Source of the DNA: a virus
DNA: 64,000 bases
IMG/VR virus record: IMGVR_UViG_3300026196_000005
Strand: one strand, 5' to 3'
The translations under genes were made by a program, and so were the position numbers. The number at the start of each line of letters is the position of its first letter. The first letter of the stretch is position 1. A model generated the notes under the pieces. That model was not told where the DNA came from, did not search any database, and saw only the letters and a program-made list of their open reading frames with translations. Shown one piece after another: positions 52,732 through 61,384 of this stretch.

Positions 52732-53910
52732 ATGATAAATCATATCACGATTTTAAAAGCCTACAAGACAAAACTTAGACCAACCGCAAAGCAGCGGCGT
52801 TATTTTGGCGGCTGTTGTGGAGCTGCTCGGTATGTTTTTAATTGGGCGTTGGCCGATAGGATCGCCACTTATGAAGCTGGCGGTAAACCAAACAAGTTTG
52901 AGCAAAAGAGGCGTTTTAATGCTACCAAAGATGAGATTTGTCCATGGATTCGTGAATACCCATATTGCATAATGCAAGAAGAGTTTGACCATGTGGACAT
53001 TGCTTATCAAAACTTTTTCCGTCGCATTAAACAGGGTAAAGGCGGCAAAGAAACAGGATTTCCGAAATTCAAAAGCAGATACAAAGACAAGCAATCATTT
53101 GTTTTACGTGGTTCTATTCGTGTTGAAAATGGGCGTGTTAAGTTACCCCGTATTGGTTGGGTAAATTTAGCTGAATCTAATTATATTCCAGAGGATGTAA
53201 AAATAAACTTTGTGACACTTTCGGAAAGTGCCGGGGAATGGTTTATTAGCTTTCAAGTCGAACAAGAAACAGACGAACCCGTACCGGCAATGGGTGAACC
53301 GCTAGGCGTTGACGTTGGCATTAAATCATTGGCGGTTTGCTCAGATGGGAAAGAGTTTCCTAATGACAAGGTGCTGAAAACATACGAGAAAAAGTTAGCC
53401 CGTTTACAGCGCGAATTATCACGACGTGAAAAAGGCAGTTCTAACCGGACCAAAACAAAAGCTAAGATTGCCAAGCTTCACCAAAAGATAGCTAACAAAC
53501 GGGCGCATAACCTGCACAATGTAAGCAAGTATGTAACCGAACATAAACGGCCTTCGGTGGTAGTCATTGAAGATTTGAACGTTAAGGGCATGGTTAAAAA
53601 TCACAATCTGGCTAAAGCCGTTAGTGATGCTTCAATGTCTGAATTGCACCGACAAATTGAATATAAAGCAGCATGGAATGGGATTGAGGTTTTGAAAGCG
53701 GATAGATGGTTTGCATCTTCCAAAACATGCAGCTCCTGTGGCTGTATCAATTCTGAATTGACATTAGCCATGCGGATTTATAAATGCCCTGATTGCGGGG
53801 CAGAAATGGATAGAGACCTTAATGCTGCTATGAATTTAGCGGCTTTAGCTGAACCTGTGAAGCGCGGGGAATTGCCTGTGGAGTTGGGCGGTAGTGAACG
53901 CTCACTGTGA
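52732..53910 (+). CDS. TnpB-like / miniature type V (Cas12-like) RuvC nuclease
   Basis: 392 aa from ATG 52732 (the track starts at TTG 52714). N-terminal KAYKTKLRPTAKQRRYFGGCCGAARYVFNWAL is typical of the OrfB/TnpB family. RuvC-I LGVDVGIKSLAV, RuvC-II VVVIEDLNVKGM, zinc finger CSSCGC...CPDCG, RuvC-III DRDLNAAMNL. No TnpA nearby. Confidence 0.85.
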   Translation: MINHITILKAYKTKLRPTAKQRRYFGGCCGAARYVFNWALADRIATYEAGGKPNKFEQKRRFNATKDEICPWIREYPYCIMQEEFDHVDIAYQNFFRRIKQGKGGKETGFPKFKSRYKDKQSFVLRGSIRVENGRVKLPRIGWVNLAESNYIPEDVKINFVTLSESAGEWFISFQVEQETDEPVPAMGEPLGVDVGIKSLAVCSDGKEFPNDKVLKTYEKKLARLQRELSRREKGSSNRTKTKAKIAKLHQKIANKRAHNLHNVSKYVTEHKRPSVVVIEDLNVKGMVKNHNLAKAVSDASMSELHRQIEYKAAWNGIEVLKADRWFASSKTCSSCGCINSELTLAMRIYKCPDCGAEMDRDLNAAMNLAALAEPVKRGELPVELGGSERSL

Positions 53911-54011
53911 ATCAGGAAGGTGGCATACTTCGGTATTAAGACCACCAGCACATATGGGGTAACTCATATGTACACCCACTTAACAACTGTATATAGGGGT
54001 AATACTCAAGG
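53911..54011 (+). other. structured gene-array spacer region (candidate leader / tracr- or omega-RNA-like scaffold)
   Basis: Hairpin GGTGG..ATAC-TTCG-GTAT..CCACC (53919-53946, UUCG tetraloop). Hairpin ACATATG/CATATGT (53950-53971). AAGACCACC (53938-53946) is complementary to the repeat 3' end GGTGGTTT with one G-U pair. Confidence 0.35.
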
Positions 54012-54225
54012 GTTTATCCTACAGGCGCGTGGGTGGTTTGAAAAGTTGTCACATTTTCCATTTCTCACTCCTCGTTTATCCTACAGGCGCGTGGGTGGTT
54101 TGGAATCATCATGAGCTATTGTAGCACGAAATCACGTTTATCCTACAGGCGCGTGGGTGGTTTGCTACTTCACAAGCGGCTAACTTTCAACGCCAAGTTT
54201 ATCCTACAGGCGCGTGGGTAGTTTG
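54012..54225 (+). CRISPR. mini CRISPR array: 4 x 29-bp repeat GTTTATCCTACAGGCGCGTGGGTGGTTTG, 3 spacers (33, 33, 32 bp)
   Basis: Repeats at 54012-54040, 54074-54102, 54136-54164 and 54197-54225 (last repeat has G>A at 54220). Spacers are unique. The repeat can form CCUAC-AGGCGC-GUGGG. Starts 101 nt after the TnpB-like stop. Confidence 0.85.
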
Positions 54226-54320
54226 TACGATCCAAAACTCTAATTAATATTTACAGGCTCTGTCTTTACGATGGAGCTTTTTTTGTGTTATCATATATTA
54301 ATTATATTGGATTAAATTAA

Positions 54321-54350
54321 TAGCCTACTCCGTCAGGCGGGGTTAGGCTA
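54321..54350 (+). promoter_or_regulatory. leader hairpin H2 with CGTCAGGCG apex upstream of the portal gene
   Basis: TAGCCTACTCCG-TCAGG-CGGGGTTAGGCTA (one bulge); only TTT follows. Confidence 0.5.
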
Positions 54351-54351
54351 T

Positions 54352-56871
54352 TTGCGCTTACTGGTAAAGTTTATGACCAAAAATGGTACGCAAGAAAAAG
54401 CACTCATAGATGATCGGATATTGGATCGTACGGTTCAAAAGATACCAGACCAACAAACAATACCGGGTAGTGATGTTTTTGTTATCAATGTTTCGTCATT
54501 TGCTGATGACTTGCCAGCCTGGGGACGCAATGTCAGATTACGTGATAGGAAGCTGCGGGGGTTTTGGCCTACTGAACCGATTATAGCAAGTGCCATTCAA
54601 ACGATTGTGGCAGCGCGTGCCAATATGTCATGGTCGCTTGACGGGCCTCCTCGCACGGTTGGCATTTTGCAGCGTATGCTACAGTCATCCAACTTGGGCA
54701 AAGGCTGGCTTGACCTAAGAATTAAAGTACTTACTGACCAACTAACACAAGACAATGGCGCATTTGTAGAAGTCATTCGGCAAGAAGACGCGCCAAATAG
54801 CCCGGTATTGAATCTAGCGCATTTGGACGCAGGTAGATGCGTAAGAACTGGCATCCCCGAAACCCCTGTCATTTACTGGGATCGTGATGGCATAGAGCAT
54901 AAATTAGCATGGTATCAGGTATTGACTTTTGAGGATATGCCGTCGCCAATTGAGGAAATGAATAGTTTGCAGGTTTGCTTCTTAAGTCGCGTCTTAAGAG
55001 CAGCCCAAATTATAAAAGACTTTGGAATCTATAAACGGGAAAAAATAGCAGGGCGTAATCCTGGCGAGATACATTTTGTTTCAGGTGTTCAGACTAAACT
55101 AATCAACGACAAATTAGCCGATGACCAAATGAGTGCCGACAATCAAGGCTATAGCCGTTTCATGTTGCCAACGATTATTGGTAGTCTTGACCCTAATTCG
55201 ACTGTTAGCACGGCTTCAATCGACTTGCGTAGTGTTCCTGATGGATTCGACGAGGATACTACATTGCGCTGGTACATTGCCCAAATTGCAATGGCCGCTG
55301 GTGCTGATTATCAGGATTTTGCGCCATTATCATCTGGCAGCTTGGGCAGCGGTCAACAAAGTGACGTGCTAGACCGTAAGTCACGCGGCAAAGGGCGCGA
55401 AACTGATGTCAAGCTATGGGAACATAAACTAAATTTTAATGGCATCATGCCGCAATCGGTGACATTTGCTTTTGATGAAAAAGACATTGAGTCAGATATT
55501 CAAGCTGCTGAATTAGAAGATAAACAGGCAAAAACATTTTCAACTTATTATGATAAGGGTCAAGGCATTTTGTCGTTGCCAGTTATCCATCAAATGATGG
55601 CAGACCAAGGCATCTTAAAGCCTGAGTACATGGCACTTTTGAATACTACAGATGTGACACCCGATATTGTGGCAACGGATGATGAGCAAGCCGCAACTGA
55701 ATCAGAACTAAATGAGGCAAACAATACGCCGTCAACCGATACGGCAGAAATGCAACCGGAACAGATACCAGCGGAAATTAGAGCGAAGGAAAATGAAGAA
55801 TATGGATGCTTAATGTTAATGATGCCTGATCATATTAGACATGCCGCTTCGTTAATTGCTGCTAATTTAGATAGTGATGATTTGTTTCAGCCACCAGAAT
55901 CATGGTCAAGTTCACCAATTGTGACAGATTCCCATGTAACAGTTAAGTATGGATTTTTGGATAGTGTGACACCAAAGCAAATTACTTCACAGATTCAAAA
56001 ACTATTGCCACTTACTATAAAAATTGGCAATTTGGCATTATTCCAGAATGATGATTTTGATGTATTGAAGTTGAATGTTGACGGGGCAGAATTACGGCAA
56101 ATGAATGCAATTGTTAGTCAGTTGCCAAACGAGGATACACATCCAACCTACAATCCACATATGACTATTGCATATCTTAAACCCGGTATGGGTAAGAAAT
56201 ACCTAAAACTTGACAATCCTCTTAATGGTATGCGCGTATCTGGCGAGTTGGTTTATTCTGACAAGGGGGAGAGCCACACCACCATACAGGGTTCCATAAA
56301 AAAAAAGACAACCAAACAAATTGATACAGCGGATTATGAATCAGAATTAGCTGACTTAATGGCGGAAGCTGCCAATGGTACAATTACAGAAGATGAGTTC
56401 AGAATTGAAGCTGAATCATTGGTTGCTGCTGAAATTATTAATACGTATCTTTTGGCAAGCGGCAAAACCATAGCGCAATTGACAGATGAGGATCGGCAAA
56501 TCATATCAGACCAAACAGAAGTGAACCTTGACGCTATACCGGGTTTATATTTATCGGCTGTTGCTTTTGGTGGTGATGAGGATACGCCTACTGATGAACT
56601 GATTGATAATCGTGTAACGCTTTGGGGAGTTGGTTTACTGGCTGTTTACGCGCTTGGGTTTTTACGTGGTGGAGATGATGAAGATCATATTGGTTGGGCT
56701 TTAGGGCCAACCGATCATTGTAACTCTTGCCTAGATAATAGCCAGCGTGTTCTCACCCGTAGTCAATGGCGAGCTTTAGGAACATATCCAAAAAGTCACG
56801 AATTAGATTGCGGCGGCTGGCTGTGCCAATGTAGTTGGGTAGAAACTGATGAACCGCTCACAGGTGTTTAA
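54352..56871 (+). CDS. portal protein fused to a 2H-phosphoesterase (LigT/Acb1-like) domain and an SPP1 gp7/Mu F-like minor head domain
   Basis: 839 aa in the position after the terminase (start may be ATG 54373). Two HxTx motifs, HVTV (aa 528; nt 55933) and HMTI (aa 603; nt 56158). The C-terminal HCNSC...ELDCGGWLCQCSW resembles the gp7-family end motif. Confidence 0.65.
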   Translation: MRLLVKFMTKNGTQEKALIDDRILDRTVQKIPDQQTIPGSDVFVINVSSFADDLPAWGRNVRLRDRKLRGFWPTEPIIASAIQTIVAARANMSWSLDGPPRTVGILQRMLQSSNLGKGWLDLRIKVLTDQLTQDNGAFVEVIRQEDAPNSPVLNLAHLDAGRCVRTGIPETPVIYWDRDGIEHKLAWYQVLTFEDMPSPIEEMNSLQVCFLSRVLRAAQIIKDFGIYKREKIAGRNPGEIHFVSGVQTKLINDKLADDQMSADNQGYSRFMLPTIIGSLDPNSTVSTASIDLRSVPDGFDEDTTLRWYIAQIAMAAGADYQDFAPLSSGSLGSGQQSDVLDRKSRGKGRETDVKLWEHKLNFNGIMPQSVTFAFDEKDIESDIQAAELEDKQAKTFSTYYDKGQGILSLPVIHQMMADQGILKPEYMALLNTTDVTPDIVATDDEQAATESELNEANNTPSTDTAEMQPEQIPAEIRAKENEEYGCLMLMMPDHIRHAASLIAANLDSDDLFQPPESWSSSPIVTDSHVTVKYGFLDSVTPKQITSQIQKLLPLTIKIGNLALFQNDDFDVLKLNVDGAELRQMNAIVSQLPNEDTHPTYNPHMTIAYLKPGMGKKYLKLDNPLNGMRVSGELVYSDKGESHTTIQGSIKKKTTKQIDTADYESELADLMAEAANGTITEDEFRIEAESLVAAEIINTYLLASGKTIAQLTDEDRQIISDQTEVNLDAIPGLYLSAVAFGGDEDTPTDELIDNRVTLWGVGLLAVYALGFLRGGDDEDHIGWALGPTDHCNSCLDNSQRVLTRSQWRALGTYPKSHELDCGGWLCQCSWVETDEPLTGV

Positions 56872-57356
56872 TGGCACAAATAATCCTACGCTCAATTACA
56901 CCAAAAGGTAAAATATTCGACCTAGATAAATTTGATAGGGAGTCTGCCAAAACCCTAAACGATATTATCAAAAAAGCAGAGCGTGAATTTGGCAAAACAG
57001 TAGCCACTTGGAAACGAAAGCCAGACTTTAAGGTTGACAGGGCAACGTCAAGTAAATTGGTAGCTGTCGTTTCGACGATGGATGAGATTTATGGCTATGT
57101 TGTGAGAGGTACTAAGCCGCATGTTATTACGCCTAAACGCGCTCCTGCTTTACGTTTTCAAACTGGCTTTACTTCTAAAACGACACCGCGTAAAATTGGA
57201 TCGAGGCGTGGAGGAAGTTCGGGCAGAATGGTAAGTGCAAAAATAGTACATCATCCCGGTACAACGGCGCGTGAATTTGACATTGTAATAGCAGAGCAAT
57301 TACAACCTGAATTAGTAAAAGAAGTTCGCAAAGCAATCAAAAAGGCATCCTCATAA
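56871..57356 (+). CDS. hypothetical basic protein in the head module
   Basis: 161-aa ORF; start overlaps the portal stop (TAATG). Confidence 0.35.
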   Translation: MAQIILRSITPKGKIFDLDKFDRESAKTLNDIIKKAEREFGKTVATWKRKPDFKVDRATSSKLVAVVSTMDEIYGYVVRGTKPHVITPKRAPALRFQTGFTSKTTPRKIGSRRGGSSGRMVSAKIVHHPGTTAREFDIVIAEQLQPELVKEVRKAIKKASS

Positions 57357-57551
57357 ATGAGCAATACCCAAATAAGCCAAAAAGAATTTGAAGACATTTT
57401 GAAAGCGTGGCGACAATGCCGCAAAGAACATAGCAGCGGACGGCCGTTTTTTATGTTGGTACAATGGGTTCCAGTTGGGGCAAATGGTGGAGGGCGTGTC
57501 GTTTGTCGGGAGGTTAATTCGCCAGTGAGGATAAAAGAAAATGGGCAATAA
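57357..57551 (+). CDS. hypothetical protein
   Basis: 64-aa ORF, followed by a bidirectional hairpin GCCACTC TTGC GAGTGGC (~57553-57575). Confidence 0.3.
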   Translation: MSNTQISQKEFEDILKAWRQCRKEHSSGRPFFMLVQWVPVGANGGGRVVCREVNSPVRIKENGQ

Positions 57552-57581
57552 AAAAGCCACTCTTGCGAGTGGCTAATTGTT

Positions 57582-57785
57582 TTATTGATTTGCTTTCCAG
57601 ATTAAAAACTTTTTAGCTAATTTGGTAGCTTGTCCCATTTCGCCGTACATTGTGCTATTGATTCGTTTTCCTTCAAACTCTGGAGCCCAGAATGTTCTTT
57701 TTGTACCTACTTTCTTAAACTTTACAATTTCAATTGTTCCTACTTCATTTGATACTGTTTTGGATACCGTGATTTTTTCGTACAT
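57582..57785 (-). CDS. hypothetical protein, reverse-oriented moron in the head module
   Basis: 67-aa ORF on the opposite strand with AGGAGA RBS; isolated between + strand structural genes. Confidence 0.4.
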   Translation of the reverse strand: MYEKITVSKTVSNEVGTIEIVKFKKVGTKRTFWAPEFEGKRINSTMYGEMGQATKLAKKFLIWKANQ

Positions 57786-57924
57786 TTTTTATCTCCTGTT
57801 AGTTATCTCTGAATTGCCTTAATATTATCACAGTTTACAAACTATGTCAATAGTCTACGGTACTAATTTTCAAGATTGCTTAGTATTGTTGACGCATAAC
57901 CAGATATTATGTTATTATCGTAAT

Positions 57925-58061
57925 GGCAATCTGACTAGCTACGACAGTGTGAAACGCAGACAAGAGCCTTAAGGCGCGGTGGCAGTAGCGGGATTGCCAG
58001 GACTAATTGAATACCAATTATTTATTGCACCTAATTCGTCAGGCGAATAGGTGCTTTTTTT
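57925..58061 (+). promoter_or_regulatory. structured leader ending in hairpin H3 (CGTCAGGCG apex) plus T7 run, upstream of the protease/scaffold gene
   Basis: TGGCAATC...GATTGCCA long-range helix. GCACCTAATTCG-TCAGG-CGAATAGGTGC (58027-58054), then TTTTTTT. A possible promoter TTGACG lies at ~57890. Confidence 0.55.
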
Positions 58062-58067
58062 GTTTAT

Positions 58068-59732
58068 ATGCCATATTCAGGAATACCGGCAGGTTCAGCC
58101 GCAGAGGCCAAAATAGATAGATGCGTAGAGCGCGTTATGGCAGGTGGTGAAACAGACAAAAGCGCAGCTATCGCTATATGCCGTTCTTCAATTGGAAAAG
58201 CTATGGATACTGAAAACGAAAAGCAAACAGAAGATTCTGCTAATTTTGTTCAAGTTGGAAAACAAACAGCAAAGGTTGAATCTGTGACAACAACAAATGC
58301 TGGAATGGCGTATGTTGACGCTTCAAAAATGGAACATGGCATAGGTGAAAGCATGGACTATTACGATCCTGTCATGGGCGCAATGTCTTTTTCTGAATTA
58401 GACACTATTGAACAGGCGCAAGAACAACATGGCAAGCTGCGCCGAATTGTTGACAACTTCATGCGACTGGCGCGTAACATTACTCAGAATCCAGCCATTG
58501 ACCCGACAGACCGCTCGGCGGCATTGCGAAATTTAACAGAAGAGATGCGTATGCGCCTTGATGCTGATTTTGAACGTGGGGAGCGTACCATCAGCATTCC
58601 AACGATTAACGGGAAATTAGACCCGGTATATTTGCAGAAATTGCAAGACTCAAAAGAAACGGCAGACGTTTCCCGCAATGAGTCTGTTTTTGATTCACCT
58701 CACAATACCGGGTTCAAAGTATTAAAAGCTGTTGACGGCTCATTTCGTTGGCTAGGTTGGGTATCAAATAAGTTTATGGATCGGGAAGGGGAGATTCTTA
58801 CCGATGAAGCGCACAAAGATTATATCGCATGGCTTGACGCACATCCTAAAGCCGCGCCGCAACTATGGACTTATCATACACCAGGGACGCAGAGGGAAAG
58901 CAAAGCAGACTTCTGGGCATATCTAAATGGCTTCTTAATTCTTGGGGGGAAACTGACAGAACAAGAGGCAAAGGTATTTGATAACGTAAGCGATGATTTG
59001 GGGATGTCGCATGGTTTTTACGTTTTGGGCAAGCAACAAAATTTGATTAATAAGTACAGAACTTTTGAGGCTACGGTTTTACCTCGCAGGGCAGCGGCTA
59101 ATCCGTGGACTGAATTTAATGTTAAGGAGCTAGGAAATATGGCACTCACAAATGACCAGCGTCAAATGCTGGCACAATTGCATGGCGAGGATTTTGCCAA
59201 TGCGCTGGAAGATGGAACCAAGCAACGCGCAGAAGTTCTCGAAAGTGCAGGAATTCAAAGTAAGCAAAAAGAAGATGGCGCAATTGGTGGTGGTAAAGCT
59301 GATGGTTCGATTGCTGGCAGTAAGGAAATTCCCGCCGATGCTGTTTTGGTAGAGGAAATTCAGGCTACTGAATCAGAAGTTGAAGCTGTTCTTAATACCG
59401 CAGATTTAGCAAAAAGCGTAGCCGATTTGGTAACAAAGCAGCTTAATCCCGCTGGACTGCATGAGGCAATTAAAACGCTTAATGAGTCTAATTCTGCCAA
59501 TGCAACGGCAATTGAAAATGTGGTTAAGCGGTTGGAAGCCTTAGAACTTTCTGACGATCAAAAGATGGCTAATGAACTTGCACCAAAAGTACCCGGTATT
59601 GACTGGATGGGTGGTTTTCGGGCAAGTGCTGAAAAAGCAACCGTTGTAACTGAAAAAGAAAAAGAAACATTTAAGAATTCTAAACCAGATGAAAGCTGGG
59701 CAAGTAACCTATTTAATTTGGGTGGAGGATAA
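58068..59732 (+). CDS. prohead protease / scaffolding fusion (putative)
   Basis: Position between portal and capsid. FRWLGWVSNKFMDREGEILTDEAH resembles the prohead-protease N-block. C-terminal coiled-coil, acidic scaffold-like region. Confidence 0.5.
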   Translation: MPYSGIPAGSAAEAKIDRCVERVMAGGETDKSAAIAICRSSIGKAMDTENEKQTEDSANFVQVGKQTAKVESVTTTNAGMAYVDASKMEHGIGESMDYYDPVMGAMSFSELDTIEQAQEQHGKLRRIVDNFMRLARNITQNPAIDPTDRSAALRNLTEEMRMRLDADFERGERTISIPTINGKLDPVYLQKLQDSKETADVSRNESVFDSPHNTGFKVLKAVDGSFRWLGWVSNKFMDREGEILTDEAHKDYIAWLDAHPKAAPQLWTYHTPGTQRESKADFWAYLNGFLILGGKLTEQEAKVFDNVSDDLGMSHGFYVLGKQQNLINKYRTFEATVLPRRAAANPWTEFNVKELGNMALTNDQRQMLAQLHGEDFANALEDGTKQRAEVLESAGIQSKQKEDGAIGGGKADGSIAGSKEIPADAVLVEEIQATESEVEAVLNTADLAKSVADLVTKQLNPAGLHEAIKTLNESNSANATAIENVVKRLEALELSDDQKMANELAPKVPGIDWMGGFRASAEKATVVTEKEKETFKNSKPDESWASNLFNLGGG

Positions 59733-59734
59733 AT

Positions 59735-61216
59735 ATGAGCAATATGATTGATGTAAATCAGTTGGCTACTGCCCTGGCTAGTATGGCAGGCGGTAATCAA
59801 CAAAAATGGGGCAGCTTTCCGCAGGGGTATAAGGCCGCTCCATCTACTCCCGGTGTGCCATTTTTGCATGGCCCTGGCGGTTTGTTTGGCGTATCTGGTT
59901 TAGAGCGTGACATTTTCTCTAGCCATATCAATGGCGATGGGATTGCTTCAATGTTGCCTGTTAGTTTGTCTGTAAAGACTAATCCTCTTTATGGCTACAT
60001 TACAGGGTTTCAAGCGTCTAATGGTTCACAGCCAGACCCAACAACCGATCCATGTGGAGCTTTTCCGGTAGCTGGTGCAATCAAAAACTGTATTCAGACG
60101 GCACAATTTGGCCGTTACGGTTTTGAGACACGCGCCATTGATTTGAATCGGCTAGGTGAAGTAATTGATCGTGGCGAGTTTATGGATTTGCGTATCGTAA
60201 ATAGCCCATTGGTAAATGATTTTGCTACTGGTTTGTTTGGCGGTTTGCCAAGTGGACAGGCTAATGTTTTGGCAATGGACTTTATGTCACGACTGATTGA
60301 AGTTGGTGTAAGTTTCCAGCGCGAATTAGGCGAACAGGTTTATGCCGGAACGGGAACGGGTAACGAATTCCCTGGCCTAGATTTGCTGGTTGGTACTAGC
60401 AAAGTTGACGCATTGACTGGCACTGATTGTCCTGCGCTTGACTCCGACATTAAGAACTTCAATTATGGTTGTGTGGATGATACCACGTTAAGCAGCGGCA
60501 TCGTTCGTACACTTCATGCGATATATCGTTATGTCCGTTATAATGCAAGGACAATGAATTTCGGGCAGGTTAGCTGGGTTTTCACAATGAACCCAAACTT
60601 GTTTACTGAATTAACCGACGTTTGGCCTTGCCAATACAATACCGACCGTTGCGAGGTCATTGGCGACAATGCGCGGGTATTTGTTGACGGTGATGCACAG
60701 CGTCGATTTAGTGATGAAATGCGTAACGGTTCATTCTTGCTAATTGACGGGCAGCGCATTCCGGTTATTCAGGATTCATTTATCGTTGAAGAATCTAGCG
60801 GCACTCCTGGCGCGAATTTGGTAGATGGTCAATTTGCAAGTGACATCTATCTTATTCCGATGACCGTACGGGGTGGCACTCCTGTGACCTTCTGGGAAGT
60901 GTTCAACTACGGCAATGATGCGCTTCAATCTGCCATTTCTGGCGGTCGCCTAAGCCAAGATTTTTGGTCTGACGCTGGCCGTTTCTTATGGCATAAAGAG
61001 CCGCCTACGCAGTCCTGTGTACAATGGAATGCTCAGATTCGTCCTCGTGTGATTTTGAGAACGCCTCAACTCGCAGGACGTTTGCAGAATGTTTGCTACG
61101 AACCTCTCCAGCATTTCCGTGACGCGGTTCCGGATGATTACTATTTTGTAAATGGTGGCATAACTACAGAGAGAGCAGCTCCAAGCTATTTCTCAGACTG
61201 GAATCTACCGGCGTAA
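59735..61216 (+). CDS. major capsid protein (HK97-fold family, putative)
   Basis: 493 aa immediately after the scaffold gene and followed by a strong terminator. The N-terminal FLHGPGGLFGVSGLERDIFSSHI...MLP block is common in actinophage-type MCPs, as I recall. Confidence 0.65.
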   Translation: MSNMIDVNQLATALASMAGGNQQKWGSFPQGYKAAPSTPGVPFLHGPGGLFGVSGLERDIFSSHINGDGIASMLPVSLSVKTNPLYGYITGFQASNGSQPDPTTDPCGAFPVAGAIKNCIQTAQFGRYGFETRAIDLNRLGEVIDRGEFMDLRIVNSPLVNDFATGLFGGLPSGQANVLAMDFMSRLIEVGVSFQRELGEQVYAGTGTGNEFPGLDLLVGTSKVDALTGTDCPALDSDIKNFNYGCVDDTTLSSGIVRTLHAIYRYVRYNARTMNFGQVSWVFTMNPNLFTELTDVWPCQYNTDRCEVIGDNARVFVDGDAQRRFSDEMRNGSFLLIDGQRIPVIQDSFIVEESSGTPGANLVDGQFASDIYLIPMTVRGGTPVTFWEVFNYGNDALQSAISGGRLSQDFWSDAGRFLWHKEPPTQSCVQWNAQIRPRVILRTPQLAGRLQNVCYEPLQHFRDAVPDDYYFVNGGITTERAAPSYFSDWNLPA

Positions 61217-61240
61217 TAGTATTCAAGTTTCAAATATTAA

Positions 61241-61268
61241 GAGTACCCTTCGGGGTACTCTTTTTTTA
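61241..61268 (+). terminator. intrinsic terminator after the capsid gene
   Basis: GAGTACCC TTCG GGGTACTC followed by TTTTTTT. Confidence 0.9.
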
Positions 61269-61384
61269 TTCCCATTGTCCTAATTTGTTTCTAGTTCTCT
61301 TTTGTGATTTAGCCCAATTAAAGGGGATTATTCTTTTGCGTTCCATCTAAAATGACCTTTACCAAAAGTCCTAATTCAACACTA

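Noticed and set aside
53920-54114. 64-aa ORF (GTG start) running through the first two CRISPR repeats
   Set aside because: Its sequence simply translates repeat units (ILQARGWF / LSYRRVGG). It has no RBS and overlaps the array.
54041-54196. Self-targeting by the three CRISPR spacers
   Set aside because: I found no match to any of the three spacers elsewhere in this window by eye. This is not a rigorous search and says nothing about targets outside the window.
52640-54300. Reading the TnpB-like gene as an ordinary IS200/IS605 insertion
   Set aside because: There is no TnpA and I could not recognise the subterminal-hairpin-bearing left and right IS ends. The 3' flank is a regular repeat-spacer array rather than a single right end. 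It cannot be fully excluded without database comparison.
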